This document shows, one piece after another, positions 40,490 to 51,534 of a stretch of DNA of 64,000 nt; within the stretch, counting starts at the first letter, position 1; each line of letters begins with the position of its first letter. The DNA comes from Octopus vulgaris (lineage: Eukaryota). Under the pieces are notes generated by a model. It was not told where the DNA came from. It did not search any database and was given only the letters and a program-made list of their open reading frames with translations. The stretch is taken from NCBI GenBank assembly GCA_951406725.2, contig OX597825.1, positions 47,988,001-48,052,000 on the forward strand. The letters run 5' to 3'. The position numbers were made by a program, and so were the translations under genes.

Positions 40490-41269
40490 TTTGAATGACA
40501 GTTTTCAACATAATTTTTAGGTAACTAAAAAATTTTAAACTTCGTATACTGGTAGAATGTGTTTATAAAACATCATTTTCTCTTGGCTTTCTTGAGAAAA
40601 TTCTGTAGTTTGTAACATATTTCGTCTTTAATTTCTTGCATTTCAGCAATTTTAACCAATCACTAGCGTCTATTGAGGTAAAATTATTCTGTGTCGTATG
40701 AATATGTCCCTCATTTAAGAAACACATTGGGTTTATTCACATTTATGAAGAAAAAAGATCCCCTTCCCCCACCCCTAATCCTAACCCTAAACCTAATCCT
40801 AACTAACCCTAAATCTAAAACAGATTGAAATGGGTAACAATTTCATATGACACTGCTAGAAAAAACTGCCATTTTTTCTAGCAGGGTCATACGAAATTGT
40901 CAACCATAATTATGACCCAAGAATCGATCTATTGCATTTCAATCTGTTTCAGATTTAGGGTTAGGGTTAGGGGTGGGGGAAGTGTATCTTTTTTTCTTCA
41001 CAAATGTAAATAAACCCAATGTGTTCCTTAAACGAGGGACATATTCATATGGCACAGAATACTTTTTAACCCAATAGATGCCAGTGATTGGTTAAAATTG
41101 CTGAAATGCAAGAAATTAAAGACGAAATATGTTACAAACTACAGAATTTTCTCAAGAAAGCCAAGAGAAAATGATATTTTATAAACACATTCTACCAGTA
41201 TACGAAGTTTAAAATTTTTTAGTTACCTAGAAATCATATTAAAAACTGTCGTTCAAACCGAAAAGATCC
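40490..41269. repeat. ~770 bp foldback palindrome (MITE/foldback-like) containing TTAGGG-type repeats
   Basis: The arms are reverse complements around the centre CTAGAAAAAA-CTGCCA-TTTTTTCTAG (~40856-40881). Confidence 0.9.
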
Positions 41270-41279
41270 GGATTCTCTA

Positions 41280-42270
41280 TATTTATCCCATGACAGTCTT
41301 TTAATTTTGGAAGACATTGTATATTGTTTTAGTGACAATGTTGTGTCACATTGGGAGGTATTGGGAAGCTGCTGGTCAGCTATGCGATATCATCCACAGA
41401 AATATGACATAATCAACATTTTTAATTGCATGCTGGGGTTCCAAGGGCTTCACTCTCTTTTTTGTTTATTAGGCATTTTGTAGCAACCCCTACTCTTGGA
41501 TTGCAAACATGAGTCCAAGAATGGCTGCACTTCATGCCAATATTAGTGTCTTCAAGTCTTTGGGAAACATATGTATGAATAATTTTCTTTTTTATGTTGA
41601 TCATTTCAAATTCAAGTTTTCTATAAGGTGTGTTTGGTCCAGCTGTTTTGAGGTTGTATGTGAAGTCATCAGGAAGAGAGTACTTCTTTGCTTTTCAACT
41701 CTAGATTATTATATTTATTTCTGCTGTTGTTGTTTAGGTACTGACTGAGAGATACATGACATTCAAAAGCTGCCTGATTGATCTCAGACCTCTACCTTCT
41801 TTATCGCTTCTTCAAATCTGCTAGTATTACTGTTTCTATGGAAATTTCTTGTTGATCTTAAGATCTTGTGGGTTTTAATATCCACAGAGTAGATTTCTTC
41901 TACAGATTAGTCAAATATTGCAAATATTGGTATTAGAACCGGTACTGCAAAAGCATTGTGGGATATGCTGCAAAAGCACTGATGGATATTGTCATGTTGT
42001 AACAGAAGAGCTCCAATTGTCCTGTTTTTCTAATTCTGGTGTAATATTCTTGGGTCACACTATTCACCGCACCTTTGTATGATATATTTTCATCAATGCT
42101 TAGATGTTTGTAGCATAAGAAAAGTAGAGATACTGATGATGCAAAGGGTTGGGAGACTAATTTTCCATATTCAACAATTATATATGAACACTTCTTTTGA
42201 CCAAATTTCATATCTATTTCAACCAAAAATATAATTAATTCTAGCTGTTTTTTGACATTGTAAATATTTT
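41280..42270 (-). mobile_element. Degraded RLE-type non-LTR fragment
   Basis: DMKFGQKKC...YKHLSIDEN...EYYTRIRK in ORF 41933-42226. Confidence 0.6.
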
Positions 42271-42508
42271 AGCATCCTCAAAGAAATTATTGATTGCATT
42301 GAATTTCTAGCAGTTATAAACACTAGTATGTAGCCATTGGATTTTTGTAACAGAAATGATAAACTTAATGCATGTTGGTGTGTGTGTACATATATACTTC
42401 CGTATCTGTCAGAAGATGTATGATTGTGTGCATAAAGAATAGATTTGTATTTAAGCTGTTGCGCGTGTGCGTGAGTGTGTGTTTGAGAGTGTGTGTGTGT
42501 GGGGGGGT

Positions 42509-42835
42509 TAAACTTCTGTCTCCGTGTCTATCTGGTTGTACCAATGGCAGTTACAGAATAGTTTCTATGATTGGACCAAGGGAGGTAACTTAAATTTTGA
42601 GAGTTTTACGTGTTCTAGGATTAACAGGAATGTGTGTGTGCGTGCGTGTGTGTGTGTGTACGTGTGATTGTGTATGTGTACGTGCGTGTGTGTGTGTGGT
42701 TGTCTAAACTTCTGTCCCCGTGTCTATCTGGTTGTATCTGTGACAGTTACACAACAGTTTCTATGATTAGACCAAGGGAGATAACTTTAATTTGAGATTT
42801 TTATGTGATTTAGGATAACTGGAATGTGTGTGTGC
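42509..42835. repeat. Tandem duplication of a ~130 bp unit separated by (TG)n, period ~197 bp
   Basis: TAAACTTCTGTC-CCGTGTCTATCTGGTTGTA...GGAATGTGTG at 42509 and at 42706. Confidence 0.8.
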
Positions 42836-43479
42836 GTGCGCACTAGCGTGTTTATCTGCTTAGAATCTACTGTTAGAAAAAATCGTAACTTCCCTGAAAT
42901 ACAGATAGACCCAAGAATATTACACCATTATTAGAAAAAAGGTGAAATTCAGAGTAGCAAAAACTCAACTAAACTTGCAACTTTGCAGTTGCTTCAGCTG
43001 GGTGGCTGGAGCCATGATCATGGTTTGCTTTTCCATTTTCTTTCTTGATGCTGTTGATGTCTGAAAGAGAAATAAAAAAAGTTAATATTTTGTACATATC
43101 CTGTACCATTAGGGTTAGGTTATCTTCCATGTATGGCCCACTAAAGATGTGTATCCTGGTGTATCCTGTACATTCAGTGGTCTTGTAGTTAGTGGCTTTC
43201 CCTTGCTAAGGAAATCTAATAAAACGAAATCACTTTCTTTGGTTTATCAATCACTGGACTGTGACCATACTGGGGCATCATTTTCAAGAGTTCAGTCAAC
43301 CCCATTAATCTCACATAATTCTCTCCTTTATGGGAGAAGGGTCTTACAAAGAAATGGATGCTATTTCTTCACTTTTCAGTGATCAATTTACTAAATTGAA
43401 GTCTTTTAATTGCAGCACTCTATGTTCTGTGCTATTGAAGCATTATTACTTAAATGTCTTTAATTTCTGTATTATTTAG

Positions 43480-43653
43480 TGTTCCTCTTCCTGTGGTCAT
43501 GGAGTCCTTCGACGCAAAGTTCACTGTTCAGCTGATGATGGTAGCAGCTTGGAAGACATCAAGTGTAAATTAAATGAGAAACCAAAGTCAGAGAAGTCTT
43601 GTAAGAATGACCAGCCTTGTGGTGGTTTATGGTTCACAGGGCCATGGTCTGAA
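43480..43653 (+). CDS. THSD4: THSD4-like exon (TSP1 repeat)
   Basis: atttag|TGT; CSSSCGHGVLRRKVHCSADDGSSLEDIKCKLNEKPKSEKSCKNDQPCGGLWFTGPWSE; donor GAA|gtcagt. Not listed in the ORF track. Confidence 0.92.
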
Positions 43654-43672
43654 GTCAGTATTCAAAATTTAC

Positions 43673-43717
<45 letters not shown>

Positions 43718-43719
<2 letters not shown>

Positions 43720-44268
43720 CCCTGATGCAGTAACAGGCAGTGGCTCTTGTAGCTTCTGATCTTGACTGATTGGAAGTGTCATCATGTACATTGTTTTGTC
43801 TTGGTATAAAAGATGGGCTACAGCAAATGTTCTGCTCAATACCACAGATTTGCTTCTCAGTTGTTTGACCTTAACCAGTTGAGCCCTTAGTGGCTGACGA
43901 TATGTGCATCGCTGAGCACAAGCAGAAGTAGTGGGGGAGCATCATAGCCATGTGTTGAGAAGGATTCTTTGAGGTTTGAATAATTCAGCTCTGGAAACAT
44001 GGGTGTTTCATTCAACATCCTTAAACAACCCTTATTCAGGGACCTTTTGAGCAGGATAGGCTACTCAACGAGAAGAAAATTCAAACTGGGCCTCACCTGC
44101 AAGATCATGTACTGTTTATCTTGATATGAGATCACCATGTCGCACACATATGGTTGTGATGCATGTGCCTAGTGTACCCTTATCAGACGGGTAGTCATGA
44201 TGGGTATACTGGGCTTCGTATATTTTACCCCAGTGTTACTTTGATGGCATGCACTTCCCTCTCACTCA
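43718..44268. mobile_element. ~550 bp non-coding interspersed repeat inserted in a (TAA)n array
   Basis: Flanked on both sides by (TAA)n; a second partial copy lies at 11161-11310. Confidence 0.7.
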
Positions 44269-44277
44269 ATAATAAAA

Positions 44278-44338
<61 letters not shown>

Positions 44339-44479
44339 TAATAATAATTCCTTCTTTATTGGCCACCAGGGCTGAACACAAAACATAGAGAACGATACAC
44401 AGATGAGGGACAGTGAGGTAAAATGTATAAGCAGCCAACAAACTCAACGATTAACAAAGAGATTAAAACAACAATATGC

Positions 44480-44941
44480 TTCCCCGATAGTGGGGAGTCC
44501 CACCGTTAGGTGACCAAAAAGACCTCATGCACTTAATACCAATGGCTCCTGAGGAAAGCACCCTTTCTTCTCCTTTCCTTCTGGCCTACAAGTGCACACT
44601 TAGAGTAGGCCTATTCACGTGGGCCTTTCTTGCCATATTCACCCACCTTTCAACAAACTTACTGAGTGACAGTACCTCCCTCTCCAGCCTCACTTTCCTT
44701 TTCAGGTGGAACCTGAAAAAGTCAATGAGGCCTTGGCCAAAGAGAAAGGTACCCTTCTTCAACCCTTTCAATCGCGTCCACCACACAGCGGCTTTTGCCA
44801 TAGCCGCCAGACAGAGAAAAATTGCCCTCCCTTCCCAACCAAAGGAAGTGGGTGGGGCAATCAATAATAATCCTTTCTACTAAAGGCACAAGGCCTCAAC
44901 TGGTACTTAATTTATTGACCCCGAAAGTATGAAAGTAGTAT

Positions 44942-44988
<47 letters not shown>

Positions 44989-46260
44989 TGATATGATTTC
45001 TTTATTAACCATTAAGAGTTTACAAAGAGATCAAGGGTGGTACAGGATGAACAATATAATGTGATATGATGTGAAGTTATATGAAAGAGTGTAAACAGTA
45101 AAATAACAAAAGGCAAAACATAAAAAGAAACAAAAATTCAAACAAGCAAATTCCCCAAAAGTGTGAGAGACTTCCAAGGGCTGCTCATTGAAACCCCACA
45201 AAACTCTAACCAAGGCAAGTGCTCTCTCTTCTTTCTCCCTCAATACAGAGGAACATGCTTAGAGCAGGCCTGTTCACCCAGATCATTCTTGCCACATTCA
45301 CCTACTTTTCAACAAATATGCTAGAAAGCAGCATTTTCCTCTGCAGTCTCTTTCTTTTTCAAATGGAATTTGGAAAAGTTGATGAAGCCTTGACCAAAGA
45401 GGAAGGTATCTGTCTTCAACTCTTTCAAACTGGTCCACCAAACAACCTCTTTCACTAAGGCCACCAGACAGATAAGTACTGTTTGTCCTTCCCATCCAAA
45501 GTAAGGCAGTGTGACAATCTTCACAATGAACTTATCTGATAGCTGTAGCTATCCTATATGCAACAGCAGATGTTCAACTAAACTCACAAGTCAGTAATGT
45601 TCAGACATTGGACAAGTGCTTGCAGAACAGTTTTGTTGCTCTGTGTGCATCTAGGGTAGGCCTGACTGATGTCACTTCCATGCCTGTAAAGGTTTACTTG
45701 AAACAGAAATGCTTCCCAGTTAGATTGCCATGCCAGAGATTTCTGGAAATGAGACAAGCTGCAAAGGATTTAGTTTTAGAAATGGTGATCCCACTTGCTC
45801 ACCATCAAGTGTATATCCATGAGGTAATGCTACTAGACACTTACATAGAGTACACCCAGCAGCATCCTTCAGTACAGCCACCAAGCAGATAGAAAAATGC
45901 CACCTGTTCTTCCATACTAAAGGAAAACAGTGGCTTAATCTTTAAAACAGCATGGCTTGCCAACATAAACCCATAGAGCACCAATGTATGGACACTGAAT
46001 GAATGCTTGCTGAACAGTGTAATCACACACAGGTTTGATGGACAGCTCTGGTTGCTGGGAGCTCCAGTATAGCATGCCTGTAAAGTTTTTTCCAAACAGA
46101 CGAATACTTCACACCTTGATGCACTCTCAAGCCATGGACTTTTGAACAGCTCCATAATAAGCAACTTGAAAGTCATAAGGAAGGACTGTTTAGAATATCC
46201 TTGTCTGATGCCCAGAATCCCTCTCAGGTAATTGTTGCTCAAATCCTCCATGGAGCTTCT
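44480..46260 (-). mobile_element. Two Tx1/L1-clade LINE 3' fragments (~44480-44865 and ~45150-46260)
   Basis: Both encode the homologous C-terminus (AKxxVWWTxLK...FFxFHLKxK); a degenerate zinc knuckle at ~45600-45660. Confidence 0.6.
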
Positions 46261-47118
46261 ATAAAATATAGTAATGGTGATAGTTATGTGGTTGGGGTGG
46301 CAGTGTAACTGATAGTTAAGGGTTGTGGTGTAAGTAACATGGTCTTGAGTTCAGTTTGTACTATGGACTCTAATATACCATAAATTTTACATCCCTGTTT
46401 TTCCCAGTTTTTCTTTCAGACATAACAGTTTCTAGCTTTATATTACAATAACCAAAAAATACACATTAACATTAAACTATAGATATAATGACTCCACCAT
46501 AAAGCTATCTGAACTAACCAACATGGAAAAAATAAAAAAAGAACACATAAAACAGTTATAAAATTTCAGCTTCAAACATGATGAGTAGAAAAGAGAGAGA
46601 GATGGGGTGGGGAAAACAGGCATACAGACGGACAGAAAAATTGATATAAAGCAGATATAACAACTATCTCAACTAACCTACATGAGATATAAGCTTAAAA
46701 TTTCAGCTTCAATTTCAGGGAGAGGAAGAAAGAGAAAAATTAGTACTTTCTTATAATCAACAACTATTTTTGTATCCATTGAAAGATCAGGATAGTAACT
46801 ATTCCAGTCATGAGATGGGTGTAATATTTGATCAATGGACTGTCACTGTGAAGAAGGAAAAGGTGAAGAATTGAATAAAAAGTCACTAGTTTATCTACTA
46901 ATCCTTTACTAAGTAAAAAATTGGCTGTCTGTTAAAAGAAAGTAGCAAAAACTCTGGTTATAAAACAGATATAAAACTATCTCAACAAACCAACATGCAA
47001 GAAAAAACAGAAATTGTAAAAAGTTTATTGAAAATTAAGAAAGTAAACAAACTTCCAGAATTATTTGTGATTTTTCTTCATGTTACATTTTTTGAAGAAT
47101 TTTATTGTTCTGTTGCAG

Positions 47119-47304
47119 TGCTCTGCCACTTGTGGTCAAGCCTTTAAAATACGCAGTGCTGCATGTGTTAAAAAGTTGCATTCTACATCATTTGTTGTGG
47201 TTAGTCCAAAGAACTGCGTGAAAAAAGACAAACCAGCAACAAAAGAACCCTGTCTTACAATGCCAGCATGTCCTGCCCAATGGCATATGACAGAATGGAC
47301 ACAG
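47119..47304 (+). CDS. THSD4: THSD4-like exon (TSP1 repeat)
   Basis: ttgcag|TGC; CSATCGQAFKIRSAACVKK...CLTMPACPAQWHMTEWTQ; donor CAG|gtatta. Confidence 0.93.
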
Positions 47305-47535
47305 GTATTACGGCTTTCCACTCATTTTATCATTTTATCCTCATCTCTTCTTCACCTATAACACCTTAATGTCACAGAGAACTTATTAACAAAATGTATA
47401 ATTTAATGTTGTAACATAATTCAGACTTTCTTCAACCTTGTTTGTGTATTCCTGTTTTAACTCTACTTTTCAATCAGTCAATTTCCAGTTATCTTCCAAG
47501 ACCCGATATTTGTGCATGTGTGCATACTTGTCTGC

Positions 47536-47536
<1 letters not shown>

Positions 47537-47630
<94 letters not shown>
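47537..47630. repeat. (CT)n microsatellite
   Basis: Read directly from the sequence. Confidence 0.95.
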
Positions 47631-48480
47631 CATTTGTGTGTGTGTGTGTGATAGTTCTCAATATTGCATTTAGTAGATAGAAACTATGAAACAGCATGCT
47701 TGTGCAGGTACAGTCAATCCAAATACTTCACATACTGGATTCCAGTAGATTTCAGGAGTCATCAGAAGACAATGTACACTGTTTTCAAATGTTCCTCTCA
47801 ATGTGCTTCTGCCCCATCTCACTGATGTGAAGCTTTTCCTACTTGATTGACTGACTTACTCAACCTTAAGTCCATTTCAGGATCCTCACCACCTTTCAAC
47901 TTATGGAATCATGCGTCACACCGTTACATCATTTCTCTATCCAGGTTTCATCATTCCTTTTCAGCTATATCCAAATGATTAAAAACACTAGAAATGCTTT
48001 CATGTAGAAAGAATTTCCACCATTTTCAAGCAATCTACTTAAAATTGTTGGTACTCGCCTCCATTTTGGATGAGAATACATGAGATTATGCAAAACTATG
48101 TCTGTGTGTAAGTATGTGTGTGTGTGTGCATGTTTGTGAGTGTGTGTATGTGTGTGTGTGCATGTGTGCATGTGTTACTGACTCCTTGACAGGGCATCAC
48201 GTGATGGCTGTAAATGATTGCACTATCATGAAAGTGATGTTCTTCGTTTCCAACTTGTCAGGCGATGGAGGAATACTGCCTTCCTTGGAAACAGGTGAGG
48301 GTTGGTGACTGAAAGGGCAAATGCAATCAAATCCTTGCAAACATGAAAAAGTGGATGTTAAAACGAAGACGATGATGATGATTATATACATACATACATA
48401 TACATTATATTAGAGGAAAAATCAAAACCAAGGCAGAATGAGTATCTCAAGTCATTTAGAATAATTTAATTGAATTTGAA

Positions 48481-48556
48481 GTCTTACAGCTGTTTCTGGG
48501 ATAACCCAAGTAGTTGGTTAATATATCTATGCACTGGATATTCCATCATCAGAGAC
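48481..48556 (-). ncRNA. Type I hammerhead ribozyme motif with palindromic helix III
   Basis: Minus strand gtct-CTGATGA-tggaatatcc...gggttatccca-GAAA-CAGCTG-TA-agac; ACAGCTGT is a perfect palindrome; GUA site. Confidence 0.72.
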
Positions 48557-48761
48557 AAGGTATGAATATTTTAGATGGGGAAAATTTACAGTTTACAAGG
48601 AATAAAATTCACTGTTTATAAAGAATAAAATAGAAAAATAAAGTAGTAAAATAGAAGAATAAATAGTAAAAGTAGTCAGACTAAGGAGAATAATGTTCTC
48701 AACTCATCTTTTTTCTGTGTACCTATTTGTTTAAATCACAAGTGAGCTAAACCCCTCCTAT

Positions 48762-48825
<64 letters not shown>

Positions 48826-48923
48826 TATATATATATATATATATATCTAATTGTTGTGTGTGTTCATAGATGTTGTTAATTACTTCTCATTATCGAATAA
48901 TTTTGCTGTCTATTTCATTCCAG

Positions 48924-49077
48924 TGCTCAGCTAGTTGTGGTACAGGTTCTAAAACACGAGAAGTGAAATGCATGGACAGCCACTTGAGACACAGTACATT
49001 GTGCAACCCTGATAGACGACCTATCACAAGACAAAGCTGTAATTCTCACTCCTGCAACCAGAAACCACTAAACACAG
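48924..49077 (+). CDS. THSD4: THSD4-like exon (last TSP1 repeat)
   Basis: ttccag|TGC; CSASCGTGSKTREVKCMDSHLRHSTLCNPDRRPITRQSCNSHSCNQKPLNT; donor G|gtaaat (phase 1). Confidence 0.93.
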
Positions 49078-49364
49078 GTAAATTACTCACTGCTAAGAGA
49101 GTATTATAAATATCTATTGTCACATTCTTAAATACATAGACATTAGATGTATCTTCAATGACTCAGTCACAAGTGGCCCTTTACAGGGTTACCAGATAGG
49201 AGACCTGGCCTGAATGCTTGTAACTGAGTGAGATACTCTAACAGCTTTCTACAGAGTAGAGTTGTTGTTAAACTGGATGAAGGATTAACTCTACAAAGAT
49301 ATAAGACATGACTTAATGATACTCTAATTTTTCACAGAATTAATTATGTTTTCTACTCTTTCAG

Positions 49365-49504
49365 ATCCATCATGCCAGGATCAAATAAAGTTGTGTCACC
49401 TTGTTGTACAGGCTCGTCTCTGTTCTTACAAGTACTACCAAAGGAAATGCTGTGAAACTTGCTACAAACATCGCGTACATCACAAACACCATCATTCTTC
49501 TTAA
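49365..49504 (+). CDS. THSD4: THSD4-like terminal coding exon (PLAC domain plus His-rich tail)
   Basis: ctttcag|AT; DPSCQDQIKLCHLVVQARLCSYKYYQRKCCETCYKHRVHHKHHHSS-stop (TAA 49502-49504). VVQARLC-Y-YY-CC is characteristic of the ADAMTSL4/THSD4 PLAC domain. Confidence 0.93.
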
Positions 49505-49902
49505 CAACTCTTCAAGCTTCCTTGTTATTTTGTATGCTTTGTTTACTTCAGCAATTAAACTCAGTAGTAAATAGATGTCATCAATCCTTGAATCAACTAT
49601 GATGATATACAATATATAAAACTTTATATTGAAACTTTGTCAAACATCACTGTTTAAATATCCCTCTTCCTTATGATTCTTGGCTATGTGTTCTAGCCAA
49701 CATTTATCTGTGCCTTCATCTTTAACACAAATTTATGTCCACAAGAGAACCAACTCATAACTAAGTTTCTGTGTAGTCAAGATTTACATGAGTCCATCAG
49801 ATTATTTTGATGACATTAATTAGTATTGTGTTGTCTTATCTGTTGATTAAGGTTTTAACACATTACACTCACATATATATGCACTAACAGATATGTACAT
49901 AC

Positions 49903-49944
<42 letters not shown>

Positions 49945-50450
49945 CACATATATATATGCTATATAGATATGAATATGTAAATACTCATATGTATGTGTGT
50001 GTCAGTCTACATGTGTGCGTATGTGTTTGGGTATGTAAATTTTATTTGTTTTACATCTGTTTTACCACACTAGCATGGGAATGTATATGTATATAAATAA
50101 ATACAGATTATACCTCATGGCTAACTTTCAACTTTCATGTCTCCATAAACATTCATCTGACCCTTTTGTTATTCACCAAAACTTTTTTAATTTGAGGAAT
50201 TATATCCTTTACCTGACTAATTATTTCACACATCTACTTTATCTGAAGTACATGTATGTGTACACTTAAACACACACACACAAACACACATGATATGTTT
50301 CACTACAAAATGAATTGTGTCTGTGACAGTTCAATACACTTGAACACCTTCATCAGCAAAGTAGCAAAGAAGATGAAAGATGTTTGTTACAAATGTTTAT
50401 ACACTTAAGAATGAGAAGTGGTGATACATGGAAACTGTTGTAATATCATA

Positions 50451-50641
50451 AATAAAAATATGTACTAATTGATGTGTAAATAAGTTTTTCAAGAGTGCTA
50501 AGTCACTGAAATCAAAATTAAAAAGACAATTTTAATTTACCTTAATGAAATGAACTTTTGTAGTGATTATATGGATAAATATTTTGTAATTAAACTTAAA
50601 GTACATTTTTCATGTAAAGTAATCAGATTTGGATCAATAAA
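50451..50641 (+). terminator. Candidate polyadenylation signals of the THSD4-like 3' UTR
   Basis: AATAAA at 50451 and 50636 in TE-poor sequence ~1 kb after the stop; which one is used is unknown. Confidence 0.35.
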
Positions 50642-51503
50642 GTATAGACATTGATATAATTTTCATTTATAAAATCAAGAGCACTCATACTGGGTTTGTA
50701 AAGTGTAATATAGTATTATCAGATATGTAAGAACTGATTCATGTCCATTTGATGAGGGAATTATGTAATTGTCACTTAATCTCACTAAGCAAATCCACTG
50801 ATTTGTCTAGCTGTTTTGCAATCATCATCATTATCATCATCACTTAATGTCTGCTTTCCATGCTGGCACGGGGTGGATGGTTTGACTGAAGGCTGGCAAA
50901 CCAGAAGGCTGCACTGGGCTCCAATCTAATCTGGCAACATTTCTACAGATGGAAGTCCTTACTAACGCCAACCACTCCGACAGTGTAGTGGATGCTATTT
51001 ACATGCCACTGGCACGATGCCCAGTTATGGGGTACTAGCACTGACCGTGCTTGAATGGTACTTTTTACATTTTTTACAGGCCACTGGCACAGGATCAAGT
51101 CAGGCAACACTGGCAACAACCAGACTTGAATGATATATATATATATATATATATCTTTGAAACATGCTGGAGTTGAACTAGGGACAGCTGATGAAGGGGA
51201 TTTTTCCTTGTGTAGTTAGTCTAGTACTCTGTTGTTTCTTTGTAAAAAAAAGGTTCGTTCTATGCTTGTTTTTATGTTTTCGTTCTCGTTGAGTTCTGCG
51301 TCTATTTGTGGTGTCCTGTACTCACGTATATATATTTATATATGCATGTATATATACATGTAGATGTAGGTACGTACATATATGTATGTATGTATGCATA
51401 TATTTTATTTATTACACTATTGTATGACTGAGCGCCTTCGCGTCAATTCGATTCAATTCGTTCCGTTTCGTTTCGTTTCTTCTTCTTCTCCCAGTACAGT
51501 TTT

Positions 51504-51533
<30 letters not shown>

Positions 51534-51534
<1 letters not shown>

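Noticed and set aside
40773-40975. Interstitial telomere or chromosome fusion site
   Set aside because: Only a few degenerate TTAGGG units, embedded symmetrically in the arms of a repeat element.
50290-50362. CTGATGA...GAAAC on the minus strand in the 3' UTR
   Set aside because: Helices I and II do not pair, so it is likely chance. The same applies to CTGATGA at ~5197 and ~51188.
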